Below are positions 51,075 through 64,000 of a DNA stretch of 64,000 bases, in pieces. Below the pieces are notes generated by a model. The model worked only from the letters and a program-made list of their open reading frames with translations, searched no databases and was not told the origin of the DNA. A program made the translations under genes and the position numbers. Origin of the DNA: Octopus sinensis (Eukaryota); the NCBI RefSeq assembly GCF_006345805.1, contig NC_043003.1:9362001-9426000 (forward strand), written 5' to 3'. Position 1 is the stretch's first letter. The number at the start of each line of letters is the position of its first letter.

Positions 51075-51305
51075 GAATCATAGCGATTCAAGGCTAGTCT
51101 CCCGCTTTTCATGGCATATATATTCCCCTTCTGGACGGGACGTCGGTCCGCCTCAGAATTACTCAGTTTTGTCAGCTGAGTGGGCTGGAGCAACGTAAAA
51201 TAAAGTGTCTTGCTCAAGAACACAACGCATCATCCGGTCCAGGAATCAAAACCACAATCTTGCGATCATGAGCCCAACACCTTAATCACTAAGCCGCGCG
51301 CCTAC
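51075..51305 (-). mobile_element. tRNA-derived SINE (family D-related head)
   Basis: Minus strand ggcgcgcggcttagtgattaagg...gttttgattcctgg...ttgagcaagacact. Confidence 0.7.
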
Positions 51306-51819
51306 ACATGTATGTATGTACTTCGTTTTCAACTATTCGTATTATTTCTGTAAAGAATAGGTTTCTAACAATGAGACAAAGCTGTATCAAGAAATTTTGG
51401 ATTACAACAACAATGATGAGTTACTTACCATGTCCCACTTTCAAATTGTAACTTCTATTTGCGTGCTGCTGGTCAGTATCTGCCTAAATACCCCGAGTTT
51501 AAAGATTGATGCATAGACATTAATTAAGATAAACAAGCGCACCACTAATTGAGGGCATAAATGCAAATTTTAAATGTAATATAGGATAATCGATATTTCG
51601 AAATGACTTTCAATTGTCACTCTCTCTCTGCTGGGTAATTAATTACTACATGTAATTTTCTTTTCTGTCTCCAGCAAGAGTATACAGCTAGTTAAATATG
51701 CAAATTTTCATTGGAATAAATCAGCAATATTAATTGTATTAATAAGTGTGTATTTAGCAACGGAATTATTTTATACTTTTCTACAGATGGTATTATATAT
51801 TGCATCGGATGGCAATATA

Positions 51820-52022
51820 TCGGTTTCAAAATTTGACACATTGCCAGCAATTTCGAGGAAGGTGGATAATCGATTAGATCGACCCCAGTACTTGATTGGT
51901 ACGTAATTTTATCGACCTAGAAAGGATAAAAGGATCTCAGCGGAATTTGGACTCAGAACATAAGACTGACGAAATGCCGCTAAGCTTTGTGCCCGGCGTG
52001 CTAACGATTCCCCCAACTTGCG
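51820..52022 (-). mobile_element. SINE A, tail-3 copy
   Basis: gacgaaatgccgctaagc...gtgctaacgatt and cgaccccagtac blocks. Confidence 0.7.
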
Positions 52023-52687
52023 GCCATAAAGTAATATACTACCGGTATTATTCAGCAGCTGGTGATTACGTGTTATAAGGTCCGCAGACATACAATTGAT
52101 CGGTAGTTCTTCGCCACATGACTGGATTTCTTGTCTGGTTTGAGAAATGCTTCTGATAACGCCAGTCAGTTTTGCATACCTACCTACCTACCTACCTACG
52201 TACCTACCTACCTACCTACCTACCTACATACCTACCTATCTACCTACCTACCAACCTACCTACCTGCATACATACATAAACACACAAACACAAACGCACA
52301 CACATACACAAACACACACCGACAGAGAGCAAACTCGTAAAGGTCAGTAAGATAGCCGTCATAAAAGTATGCATCCATGTATGTATGTATGTATGTATGT
52401 ATGTAGTATGTATGTATGTATGTATGCACGTATATATAAATATATTTATGTATGTATGTATGTATTTAGGAAAAAAATAAGTGTAGAAATGCATCTAAAC
52501 TGATAAACAGGTGAAACGATATAGACAAGAAAGCAAATATAGAACCATTTTATCTATTCGCACCCTTCATCAATGCCTTTCACTAAGTATGCATGCACGC
52601 GCGTGCAAGATTTAATAATAACAGAAAAATTGACACAGAATTGTACTCACATGTAAACACAGTTCTTTTTACTTATAACTCATCCCC

Positions 52688-52866
52688 CAGGAGTGGCTGT
52701 GTGGTAAGTAGCTTGCTAACCAACCACATGGTTCCGGGTTCAGTCCCACTACGTGGCACCTTGGGCAAGTGACTTCTGCTATAGCCCCGGGCCGACCAAT
52801 GCCTTGTGAGTGGATTTGGTAGACGGAAACTGAAAGAAGCCTGTCGTATATATGTATATATATATA

Positions 52867-52918
<52 letters not shown>

Positions 52919-53112
52919 CTCCCTAGCATTGCTTGACAACCGATGCTGGTGTGTTTACGTCCCCGTCACCTAGCGTTTCGGCAAAAGAGACCGATAGAAT
53001 AAATACTGGGCTTGTAAAAGAATAAGTCCCGGGGTCGATTTGCTCGATTAAAGGCGGTGCTCCAGCATGGCCGCAGTCAAATGACTGAAACAAGTAAAAG
53101 AGAGTAAAAGAG
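52688..53112 (+). mobile_element. SINE B copy
   Basis: Collinear with 24283-24712. Confidence 0.88.
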
Positions 53113-53244
53113 AATGTGTTTATACATTCTATTTTTATACCTGTATGTCCGTTTAGCACTTCACTACATTACATTGTTTAATTCACATGGAATTTTCTTT
53201 TTATGTCTTCGTCCTACTTCTCGTATATGTGCGTGGGCGTGTGA

Positions 53245-53280
<36 letters not shown>

Positions 53281-53689
53281 CTATACACACCACACTCACA
53301 CACACATACATACATATGCACAAATACATTAACACATATCTGTACCCGATTTCCAGCTGTTGGCTTTTTGTTTAAATCTCAAATATATAGCAAACTATCT
53401 CTCAAATAGATAACATAAAATAAAATAAATGAATAAAAGAATTTTCTCTCATCGCGAAATATATAAATAAACTAAGATTCATAATACTAGAACCTTACAC
53501 TGTGCTGTCATATACTGTTTATTTAAAAAAAAAAAAATTTTCTGTATATAACTCGTTTACTCCATCTCCCTATCTCAGCTACGAATCTCTTTTTGCGTAT
53601 TTCAATCACAATAGCCTTGTTGTTCACTTCAACATCTCCTGAAGCAACAGATAAAATGAAATTATTCCATACTAACATTACTTTCAAGT

Positions 53690-53762
53690 GACTTCATAAA
53701 CACAAACATGCACATACAAATAAACATGCATATATACATATACATATGTATGCATGTGTATG

Positions 53763-53861
<99 letters not shown>

Positions 53862-53979
53862 ATGTGTGTGTGTATATATATATATATACATATATGCATG
53901 CATAATATATGTGTATATATATATACATATGCATGTATATTTATATATGCATATATATATATATGCATGTATATATATA

Positions 53980-54029
<50 letters not shown>

Positions 54030-54270
54030 ATATATAGTATAATATATATATGTATGTATATATATATATACATGCATACATATATACATATATATATAAT
54101 ATATATATACATGCATATATATATACATATATATATAGGTATATACACACACATACCTATTTATATAAATACACGTATGTATGCATATAGGTGTATATAT
54201 GTACATATATCAGTATGTGTATCTATTCATATGTATGCATACCTATATATATATGTATATATGCTTACAT
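53690..54270. repeat. Large compound (TA)n/(TG)n/(TATG)n microsatellite
   Basis: Direct observation. Confidence 0.95.
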
Positions 54271-54574
54271 TTGTGTGTGTATCAGAGACAAAGAATGAAA
54301 GAGAGAGCGAGAGAGTCAAAGACTGAGACAGAGGGAGAGAAACTGCTTACATAGGAATGCGTATGTATTAATGCAAGCCTAAAAACTACAATACAATGGC
54401 ACAAAAGTTGGTTCAATATGTGGGTCTCAATTTGTTTGGATAATTATTTACTGTTGACAATTTTCGTGGAGTAAAGATGTACACTTCCAGCTACACAATG
54501 TCGGAACTCCAATGACCAACAAACGTTCCGCAAAATCTTAGATTATTAAGCAAAAACAACAATACAGTAATAGA

Positions 54575-54945
54575 TTTTAACATTTCGGGGTTGGGGCTGG
54601 TCGATTACATCGGCCCTGTATTACACTGGTGCTTATTTTACCGACGCCGAAGTACTGAAAGGTTACGTTTCTGACGAAATTTGAACTCTGAAAGTTAAGA
54701 TGGACAAAACATTGCTAAGTATTTTGCCCAGTATCCGAATGACCAGGCCAGCTTGCCGTCTTAGAAGAACGTATTATAATCCTTACTGTTATTGGCACAA
54801 GGCCTGAAATTTTGGGTGAGATTGCTAGTCGATTACATGGACCCCACTGCCCATCTCGTACTTATTCCATCGACTTTGAAAGGATAATAGGAAAAGTCGT
54901 CCTCAGCAGGATTTGAACTCAGAGTGTAAAGACGAACGAAATACG
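54575..54945 (-). mobile_element. Two tandem SINE A copies
   Basis: Two gtcgattacat...tacttatt blocks about 230 bp apart. Confidence 0.65.
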
Positions 54946-55422
54946 AGTACATAGAATAACGAGGTCTTTGTTAGGATATCACATATTTATCACATTAGTT
55001 CAAATATTACATGCAAACACAGTCATGCACTATTAGACATATATACCTACGCATATATATATATATATATATTTATTGAAATGGATAAATGAATTATCTT
55101 GTTACGGATTATTCAAAATTTAACCGATACCTGGGTAGCAAAAATCACAACAGAAAAAACACGGTTGAGGTTACGACCATGGGGTGTCGCAACCGTGCCT
55201 CAGCGCGGATAATTGAAGTTTTATATATTTAGTGAAGGGAAGAAATGGAGCTGAACGAAGATTCTACAAAATTCCTTTTATTATTTTCTACACATGTTTC
55301 AAAGGCTGCAAATTTCCAAATTCGGATTGAATAAGGAGACCATTTTGCAGCTTTCTCTTCAGGAAAATCCAGGAATTTAAATCTCCAAACAAATGCGCAG
55401 CAAGCTATTCGAACAAAACGCT

Positions 55423-55462
<40 letters not shown>

Positions 55463-55466
<4 letters not shown>

Positions 55467-55996
55467 AAATCAAATTGCGATAACATAAAAATAATTATAA
55501 TCGCTGGTATTACTAACACAAGCCATATATTTTTCATATATCAGTACATTAAGGCGAAATATGTGCTAGGAATACAGAAGCTTGATAAATTAAGTGAAAT
55601 GAAGATAAAAACATTTACTAAACCGGTAATTCTCAGACTGCAGTTTCTTTCTTTTCAGCAATAAAGATGATTTATTTGCTCAGGGAGAATTCTTCAGTGA
55701 GACCCTGTTTTTCTGGGATCCTAACTCACTAGAAGCATGTGCTTCTAATGATTTACTCTCCCTAACTAATCATATCACTGCGCAGACTCCGAACGTCCCG
55801 ACACAACTAGGGAATTCTGGTATATCGCCTGGCGCTCATAATTTATCGAGAAATATGTAAACAAATCAAATTGCGATAAAATAAAAATAATTATAATCGC
55901 TGGTATTACTAACACAAGCCATATAATTTTCATATATCAGTACATTAAGGCGAAATATGTGCTAGGAATACAGAAGCTTGATAAATTAAGTGAAAT
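55463..55996 (-). mobile_element. Retrozyme-like 1.35-mer (396-bp unit, 138-bp terminal direct repeats) in (TA)n
   Basis: 55463-55600 vs 55859-55996 differ at 2 positions; hammerhead inside the unit. Confidence 0.8.
55631..55702 (-). ncRNA. Type I hammerhead ribozyme
   Basis: UCUCA-CUGAAGA-[stem II]-GAAA-CUGCAG-UC-UGAGA: 5-bp perfect stem I, canonical core, GUC triplet, palindromic stem III ACUGCAGU. Confidence 0.8.
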
Positions 55997-56034
55997 ATAT
56001 ATATATATATATATATGAATATATGTATATATAT

Positions 56035-56068
<34 letters not shown>

Positions 56069-56101
56069 ATATATAATATATATATAATATATGTATATAT
56101 A

Positions 56102-56180
<79 letters not shown>

Positions 56181-57902
56181 AATAGCTGACTGAGTTGATG
56201 AGGACAAGTTTCATGACTTTTTATTGGGGGCTGGGGGCTCCTACACTAACAGGAGGAAGCGAATTATTTGTAATCTCACTGGGCACCTGATCGGAATGCT
56301 TACATTAAAATGAATGCCTTTAAAGTCACACAAAGACGAGGTGCTGTGAGACTTGGCAATTGGATAAATCTATGAAGCAAATTCTAACACAGTCCTTGCG
56401 AAGGAATATACAAAGTTCCAAGACTACTGATGTGTCTATCTAGTTCGTAGTTTAGAAGAAAGTTCGTTGTTTAGAACAAACTTATTTCATACATACATTT
56501 ACACATACATGTACACGCACATGCTCATTTATGTATTTGTATGCTTATAAATATGTATGTATATATTTGTCTTATTAGCGTGTAACCTTATGCAAACATT
56601 TCTAATAAACTGATATATTCTTCTCAAAATAAGGAAACAAAACCCTATCAATATTCCCTAGTTTTTCGCATGTTTCAGGCAAAACCGAATTGTGATAAGG
56701 GCGGTCAGTGACCACAAGTGGAATGTTTCCATCTTATTGAACCTCATCAGCAGGGCAGAGACGACAGACAACAGCTTGATGAATAAACAAGCTCTTACAT
56801 TATTCATATCTTCTACTTAAGTACATCCTCCTGTTAGTTGATCAAGCGGGTTAGGGTTAGGGTTTCGCTTACGACGCCAAACAGATTGAAGCACGCACAT
56901 TATTGTTAATGTTCTACCGACAAAGAAGAGATTTTCAATTAAGCATGGAAAGTTATGTTTCGTTATTAATTTATTGAATATTTTCCCTCATTTGTTTGCG
57001 TATCGCCATGTTTGCAACAAGATTTTGGTTTTTTTCTTCAAATAAGAGGATAATGTCAATTCCTTAAAACGTTTTGTGCATAGAAAATATTGTTTCCCTT
57101 ATGCATTATGCTAGTGAAAAAAAATAGAATGTCTTTTAATGAATTTAATGTTGAACTGTTTACTCTGTTAAACATATTCCGCAATGTATAGGAAAGATGT
57201 ATGATATGTGTAAAGAAGAGGATGATTGACAGAGTGTCTAGATGATAATAAATCTATCTTCAAAACAGGAATACTATAGCAAGTTTCAATTCAGGGTGTT
57301 AGTAAGCAAACATACAAATTCTCTTTCTTAAGATCACAGGAGGGTAAATATGTTAATCGATCCAGAAAATTGGCGTAAATATGTTTTAGATTAGATTTGG
57401 AGCTTGATATTGAATTATCACTGACTGGCCTTCAGGGATGCCTTACTGGTAGGATTTAAATGAAAAACGCTTGGCTATTATGTAGTAGGTGTGAACATAC
57501 TATAAGTTACATTAATGCGTTAATTTATAAATTTATAAGCTGAAATTATTTCATTTAATCTATTCATTTATTTTCTTATTTTATATAAATCTAAATTGTT
57601 TAACCACCCGGCATGATGCTTCTTGCCAAATCTTCAAAGTAGACAATTTACCATCATTTACAGGGAAATGATTTCAGGAAGTTTCATAACAGTCTTAAAC
57701 GTTTAACTCAATAGAAACAATTCCACGCTTTTAAATATATGTAAGATGAACGTTCTAATGTAATAAAATAGCTGTTAACCGGGAGTTTCATCCAAACAAT
57801 TATGTAATTTGTAGTTATGTTAATTACCTGTCTGTCAGTGTATAACAGGGTTCGTAAAACACTGAAAAAAAAATCTTTCCTAATCTTTCCTCTTTGCGCC
57901 TC

Positions 57903-58218
57903 AGGAGGTGCAATGGCCCAGTGGTTATGGCAGCGGACTCGCGGTCGAAAGATCGCGGTTTCGATTCCCAGACCGGGCGTTGAGTGTGTTTATTGTGCGA
58001 AAACACCTAAAGCTCCTCGAGGCTCCGGCAGGACGTGGTGGCGACCCTTGTTGTACTCTTTGGCCCCAACTTTCTCTTACTCTTTCTTGCTGTTTCTTGA
58101 GTAACACTGCGATGGACTGGTGTCCCGTCCAGCTGGGGGGAACACATACGCCACAGAAACCGGGAGACCGGGCCCATGAGCCTGGCTAGGCTTGAAAAGG
58201 GCGCATAAATAAAAAAAA
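57903..58218 (+). mobile_element. tRNA-derived SINE family C (Meta-domain-like)
   Basis: ggtgcaatggcccagtggtt A-box, ggtttcgattccc B-box, gcgatggactggtgtcccgtccag...acagaaaccggga block, A-rich tail. Confidence 0.8.
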
Positions 58219-59334
58219 ATCCTTCCTCTGGTTAGTAACATCTTTTTAGTTCGTGCGTCCCAAACCCAACGAGGTCAAGTTTATGTGTGTATTCAGTATC
58301 GTTACGTCAGAAAGAAAATAATTATCATGAATAAAATAAATAGCGAAATATTAGCTTCTCGTACAAAGATTTGTGGTTGGTGGTTGGAAATTATGTTAAT
58401 TTATATTATATTGCGTTTTATTTTTAGTGTTTAGTTTATTTTTATTGCTTTGCTTTCCATAATATTAGTCTCATTCTCAAAGTAAATGTACTATAGTCAT
58501 TAGAACCAGTTTTGGCAATCTGTGACGTAAGATTAAAAAGTAATGGATAACTATATAAATAAATGATATTTTTCTACTATTTGGATTTATGTAGGATATA
58601 TGTAGGAGTTTAATACGATATAGGCCACAAGATACTGAAATTTTTGCGATGTGTAGCATCTTTTTGATAAGGTCATAAACTGTACAACTTATTTAGAAAT
58701 TTGTTCGTTTTCGCTGTTTGTAGGAAAAATAAGGACAGTATATACCCCCAAATATCCAAACAGAAATTGGATAAACTGACCTACAATAATTATTCACATG
58801 GGTTAATTATCTAAATTAGAAGAGAATACTGAAAAATAGAAAATTAGAATTCAATTTTTGGTTCTACAATTGTCTTTTTTTTCCTATTTTTCGAGCATTT
58901 TTATGATACTCAAGCTCACTTGTTTTCTAAATTCCATGAATGCAACAATTCTCATTCTTTATTTCCCATCAGCATCTTTCTGAAAATAGCTGATCGAAAA
59001 TACAAAAATAAGGAATTGTTTGTAAAAATTATAAAACTCCAACAACAAATGCTTATTTCCACCTCAGCTGGATCTACCCAGTGTAATGCCGAACCTTATT
59101 TGAATCAAGATTCTACCGTAAATTTTAAATTCTTCTCTTTCTGTAAGCCTCAGCATCGTCCCTGGCGACTGTCATCAGAAAATATCAAGAGTATATTTAC
59201 GCTGCACTATAGCCCAAACTTAGAATCAAGAGAAAATAGCGCGAGCGGAAAAGTTTCCGAGTACATACATACATACAAACTATACATGTGTACACACAAA
59301 GATATATACATAAATACATACATACATTCACGCA

Positions 59335-59630
59335 CTCCATCAGTTACGATGATGAGAGTTCCAGTTGATCCGATCGTGAAATTAACATGCCAGTGGCTGA
59401 ACACTCCAGACATGTGTACCCTTACGTGGTTCTGAGGAAAATTCACTGCGACACGGAATGTGATAAGATTGGTCCTTTAAAATACAGGTACTACTTATTT
59501 TTTCCAGCTGAGTTGACTGCAGCAGCATGGAATACAGTGTGTTGCTCAAGGTCACAATGCGTCGCCGGGAATCGAACTCACGACCTTACGAGTGTGAGCC
59601 AAATACCGTAACCACTAAACCTCGGGCCTT
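59335..59630 (-). mobile_element. SINE family D
   Basis: Minus-strand gtgagttcgattcccggcgacgc B-box; similar to 38843-39148. Confidence 0.7.
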
Positions 59631-59984
59631 TACTCATACATATATACATACTTATCGTTGTCTCAGAGACAATATCTCTCATTTGAAGTACCAGTGCTGA
59701 TAGCGATGTTTGGGATATTTGACTTGTCTCTAGGGAATCCCAACAAAATTAAATACTGGTGCTATGAAAATGAAGTGAATAAGACTGCGGATCGATAGTG
59801 AACTTCTTTAGAAGCATTCAGTTCCTGATGACCGTCTACGACTTAGAACTGCAGCGTTAGCACATCTCGGTAACCGTGAAATACAATCACTCTGTTTACA
59901 TCAAAACGTTATGCATAGGTGTGTTTCCTGTAAATTTGAAGAGGCTACCCCTATTAACATGAAGTGTAGTCTGACATGACTCGT

Positions 59985-60200
59985 GACTGCTATATTACGT
60001 CACTCGAAGGTTATTCAAGAGCAGGAGATAGCTATGAAATACCGACTCAAAGCTATGAAATGCCGACGCAAACACAAATACCGATTTGGTCACAATTCAG
60101 TAAAGAGCATAACATATATAATCCCTATTTGCTACGAAAATATCGTCAAGATAGAACCTTCCAGCGTAGAAAACTGTGTCCGTGTATAAATCACCGTGAT
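59985..60200 (+). pseudogene. Decayed C-terminal region of an R4/Dong-like RLE LINE
   Basis: SLEGY, IQEQEIAMKY, KCRR, KISSR.NLP and KTV pieces in shifting frames, in the order of the pre-zinc-knuckle region. Confidence 0.45.
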
Positions 60201-60311
60201 CACCGTGACCAACCAGGCTATCAGATGTTGCTACATATCGTTGATCACAATGCGCTTCGCATTGTTTTTTTTAGTCTTCAAATGACGCCACTCCGTTGGC
60301 TACGCGAGCAG

Positions 60312-60489
60312 GCCAACAGAAGAAAGAGTGAGAGAAAGTTGTGGCGAAAGAGTACAGCAAGGATCGCCCCCCCTCCTGCCGGAGCCCTGTTTTCGCTCAA
60401 TAAACACTCATAACGCCGGTTTGGAAATCGAAACCGCGATTCTACGACCGCAAGTCCGCTGCTCTAACCACTGGGCTATTGTGCCTCCA
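60312..60489 (-). mobile_element. SINE family C, 5' half
   Basis: Reverse complement matches 57903-58090. Confidence 0.75.
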
Positions 60490-61339
60490 CCCGTGTATAA
60501 ATACAAACATTATATCTTTTATTGTTCACTTACATGCACCAACACAAGGAATATTGGGAGAACATTCCCATCAAAACGTCTGTCAGGTGCTAACATAACA
60601 GGCCTGAGATATGCATTTGGAACTGGAAGAAATGTTATATACAGTCATGTAGGTTAGGTGCTCTGCCGATATGAACATATCTTCGAAAATTAGCGAGAAG
60701 GAGAATATTTAAAGTCAACCGCTTCGAGATCCACAGATCCTATCTTATAATCATAATTCACATTTATACTATTAACCATTGGTACACTTGTTTAGGTTAG
60801 TAAATATCTAAACGACAATCTGGAAAAAAAAAAAGATTTGGGAGCAAAAAAGATACTGGTTAACACACTTTACAGATACAATTTAAACGAAACGGTAAAA
60901 AAAAAAGCAGGGTCTTACTAAAATTCAGGATGTAACAATTATTGCTGTTGTTATCCAAATTCCAATGTTAGAGCTTTGTTTTATTGTTAGAAATCAGATT
61001 CCTCCCTTGCAGGGAAAATACTAACAGATACTAGAAAATACTAACAAAATACATGTACAAACATACGTGTGTGTTTTTATGTATTAATGCTATTATAGAG
61101 ATATTATTGATTGGGCAGCAATGCATCATATTATAGCATATTATTAATTTTCCATGTTTGAAACCCTCGTATCTATTGTTACTTCCGTATCATAACCCAT
61201 GTTCATTCCATTGATTACTACAATTTACAAGCATCATAATAGAATTTATAGTAAAGGTTTCTAAACCGTTATGCTTTTTTTTCAATTCCAATATTGTAAT
61301 GTTTAAATAATACTTGCAGCTGACCTCGAACTCGTCCAA

Positions 61340-61480
61340 ATTGATTCACGCCTAATATGATATAATATAATACAAAATGTAGTATAACGTAATATAATAT
61401 AATATAATATAATATGATATATTATAATATAATATAATATAATGTAATATAATGTAATATAATATAATATATAATACAAT
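61340..61480. repeat. (ATATA)n-like pentanucleotide microsatellite
   Basis: Direct observation. Confidence 0.9.
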
Positions 61481-61519
61481 ACATGCATACGACCACGTGA
61501 ATTCTAAAAGCTTTGCGTT

Positions 61520-63950
61520 ATTTCTTATGGCTCTTCATACTGTGCGTTCAAATCCAAATCAATTCTGGTATATAAAAGTGGAACTCATAGGGAAGACACT
61601 CCAAACCAGGCGATTGACAATGTGTGCCATCGCCCATTGTTTCCCGTATGTCCGTGGCTGCTGTCAGCTTTTAGCAACACTCTGCTCTCTTGCCGAAAGT
61701 TGCGGTAGGCGTTACATGTAGGCATTGTAATGCATTCTGCGTTCGGGTTTGTCATACGTCTCGAATGGTCAACCAAAGTGCTGCTGAAAGGCTTTACGCA
61801 TTTGCTTAGGGTCACGTAACATGCGTCCATTATGGTGCATTAAAAACCGAATTGTAACTTTGTTTCCACATTGCACCTCCGCTACTAAAGTCCATCGAAC
61901 GGCTTTCATCCACCCGTGTCTTAGAGCTTGCACATTATCTCTGACAAAACAGGTTTTGTACCTCACGCTGAAAGATTAGCCGAAGGGCATTCACACCGCG
62001 AATACGTCGATTGCAATGTCTGCTAAGCGCCTCTTCCAAGCTTCTCGGTTTTCCATTGTTCCATTTTCCCAATCACTACGAAATTACTAAACCGAAACGA
62101 TTCTATTTTAATCACCCTTTTCAGAACGAAACACCATTTATTGATGATGATTACCTCCATCATCATCAGCATTACTTATTCTTTCACCCACTTTCTAGAT
62201 TAACAATTCAATCATGCAGGGAGGGACGCGTTCAGCTTCAAGTAACTGGCTCCCTGCCTACGAACCTGTCAAGGTTGACCGTACGGGTGATTATTTGCGG
62301 TCTGTGTACAACTGTGTACAACTGTGTACAACTGTGTAGATACGATCTAGATGTTGATTGTCCACATTAACACATTCGGGAAATTCAGTTGAAAATTGTC
62401 AGGTAATTGGAAACATATGAACTGGTCTGTGCGGCTTTTGTCCTCCCGTCTCTTATCGGCCAGTCCCACACAGACCTTGCGTGCACCCAGGATACGGTTC
62501 TAATCAATCATTAGTACTAAAGAGCGGGCGTTCCAAATAAAGACTCAAGACCCTGAAGAAATTATCACATGCATTTATACTGCCTATTTTGAGTTTGGAG
62601 GAGGCATTGAGATGAAAAAAATATCTTATTTCAGTGGAAGGACATGTGTTCCGTCCTTCCGGTTATATATGCTATAAAGCATTTCTTTATAGTCTTTATT
62701 GTACTTATTTATAGTCCTCCGAAATCTCCCGTTCCCTTCATCTATTTTGTTTTCAATTTGTTGTAGGTTTCCTCTGTTGTTTGTGTTATGCTTATACGAT
62801 TAGGGATGTTATGTGTTGTGACGTATTGATTGTGATTAGTGTTTGTGTACTGATGTATTCGTTTCATTAAGTCCTTGCTATTTGTGTCTATGGCCGTATA
62901 ATTGATGAAAGGTTTTCTGTTTGTTCGACTTGGAGAAGCTGTTCCTGTTGGTGTGGATTGAGTTGCGCTTCCATTTGCTTTGTTGTAATATAGGCGGTGT
63001 TTTTAGTGTTGGAAATGCTTCTAGCTGTGTCTAGCTGCATTTGTGATGTCAGTGTGTAATTGCTTGTCGGTTTCTCTATCGCTCCCTATGAGCTGTTCAT
63101 TTTTATCTGGTGCAACGCATTTCATTTTCTTTTTTTTTTCTCTTCCTCTTCGCAGTTATCCTTGGGAGGTGAGTTTTCGCAGCCGGAGAAATGTCTCCAG
63201 CTGCGTGGTAGGGATATCTTTGTGTTTCTAGCTTGGTTAATTGATGAGGGTGAAATAGTTTTGGGTTTTGGTGGTGTTGCTGGTATAATTTCTGGGATGT
63301 AGCGTTGAAGTCTACTGCTATTGCTGTTTCGTGTATTTCTCTTGTTTATTCCATTTAGTGCTGCCTATCTTGGTAATGCTACTCTTGGTGCTGTTGATGT
63401 CGATAATACCGCTGAAATTTTGCTGAAATTGCTGTAGTAATGAAGGCTTTGACAGCAGAGGAGGTATTTCTTTATTCACGGAGCTCTTATGTAGTTTGCA
63501 GCCCCACATAAATGGCATATATATTTTCACTCCTCAGCTATAATGAAAAGCTGAAAGTCATTTAAGAGATTGATATGATCATGGATGGTCCCAATGTTTT
63601 CTTGGTATGTTTCAATTAATAGTTATATCCATGTGCTTCACTAAGATTCCGTTGCCAGTAAATACACTCTCAGAATACTCGTATTGTTTTCTTGTATGTC
63701 GTATATTACCACCTACACAACCAAGGAAATATCTGCTTCAGATTTTACCTTAGCTCTTTATATTTTTATCACTCTCCGACCGAGGCACGTTGTAATCGGA
63801 ACAGTTCGACAATTTTTAGTGTTGTTGAATTTTCCTTCGCTTGCCCTTCTGTTTGAAACCACCTCAACTGTGCTGTATGATTTTTACCTGAAACTGATTT
63901 TTAGTTACTTGTCAGCGTGAGCGAGCGTCATTCTCTCAAGCCACATTCTT
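61520..63950 (-). pseudogene. Heavily decayed L1/Tx1-clade LINE (ORF1, endonuclease, start of RT)
   Basis: ORF1 remnants TCLGRRVIKI and CHLCGAANYIRAP* (63476-63517); ORF2 remnants LKIGSINA, LVLMID*NRIL, YTDRK, YLKLNASL, AFQQHF and SPGLECLPYEF. Confidence 0.75.
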
Positions 63951-64000
63951 TTGAGTCTAATACATGTGGTGTAATACATGTGTATGGTATTAATTTACTG

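Noticed and set aside
56848-56864. gggttagggttagggtt telomere-like motif
   Set aside because: Only two full units and no element boundaries found.
57903-57980. tRNA-like sequence
   Set aside because: It is the head of SINE C and continues into SINE body and tail; not a tRNA gene.
49151-58980. Third phase-compatible exon chain (near 58920-58980, 51483-51429, 49212-49151) giving a ~50-aa peptide
   Set aside because: Short, no homology; strong-looking splice sites occur on both strands in this T-rich DNA, so chance cannot be excluded.

Overview
AT-rich, microsatellite-saturated eukaryotic DNA. The SINE families and the (TA)n/(TATG)n load point to a coleoid cephalopod, very probably Octopus; this is my recognition and was not database-checked. 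No host gene can be called with confidence; only weak minus-strand exon candidates are visible. The window is mostly layered mobile elements: at least four tRNA-derived SINE families, CR1/L2-, RTE-, L1/Tx1- and R4-type LINE remnants, Helitron-like and MITE elements, and Penelope-type repeats. Two things stand out. (1) A young 1.74-kb retroelement (5943-7681, minus) encodes only an intact 469-aa gag-like ORF1. It has a perfect 14-bp TSD, sits inside the head of a SINE, and ends in the same ~50-nt 3' stem-loop tail carried by a subfamily of that SINE. That subfamily repeatedly lands at one fixed position inside its own family. A decayed ORF1+ORF2 L1/Tx1 relative lies at ~61.5-63.9 kb. (2) A 396-bp unit repeated as a 1.35-mer inside (TA)n (55463-55996) contains a type I hammerhead ribozyme with a canonical core and a palindromic stem III, i.e. 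a retrozyme-like element. Several variant-core hammerhead-like motifs occur in other (TA)n-embedded repeats.
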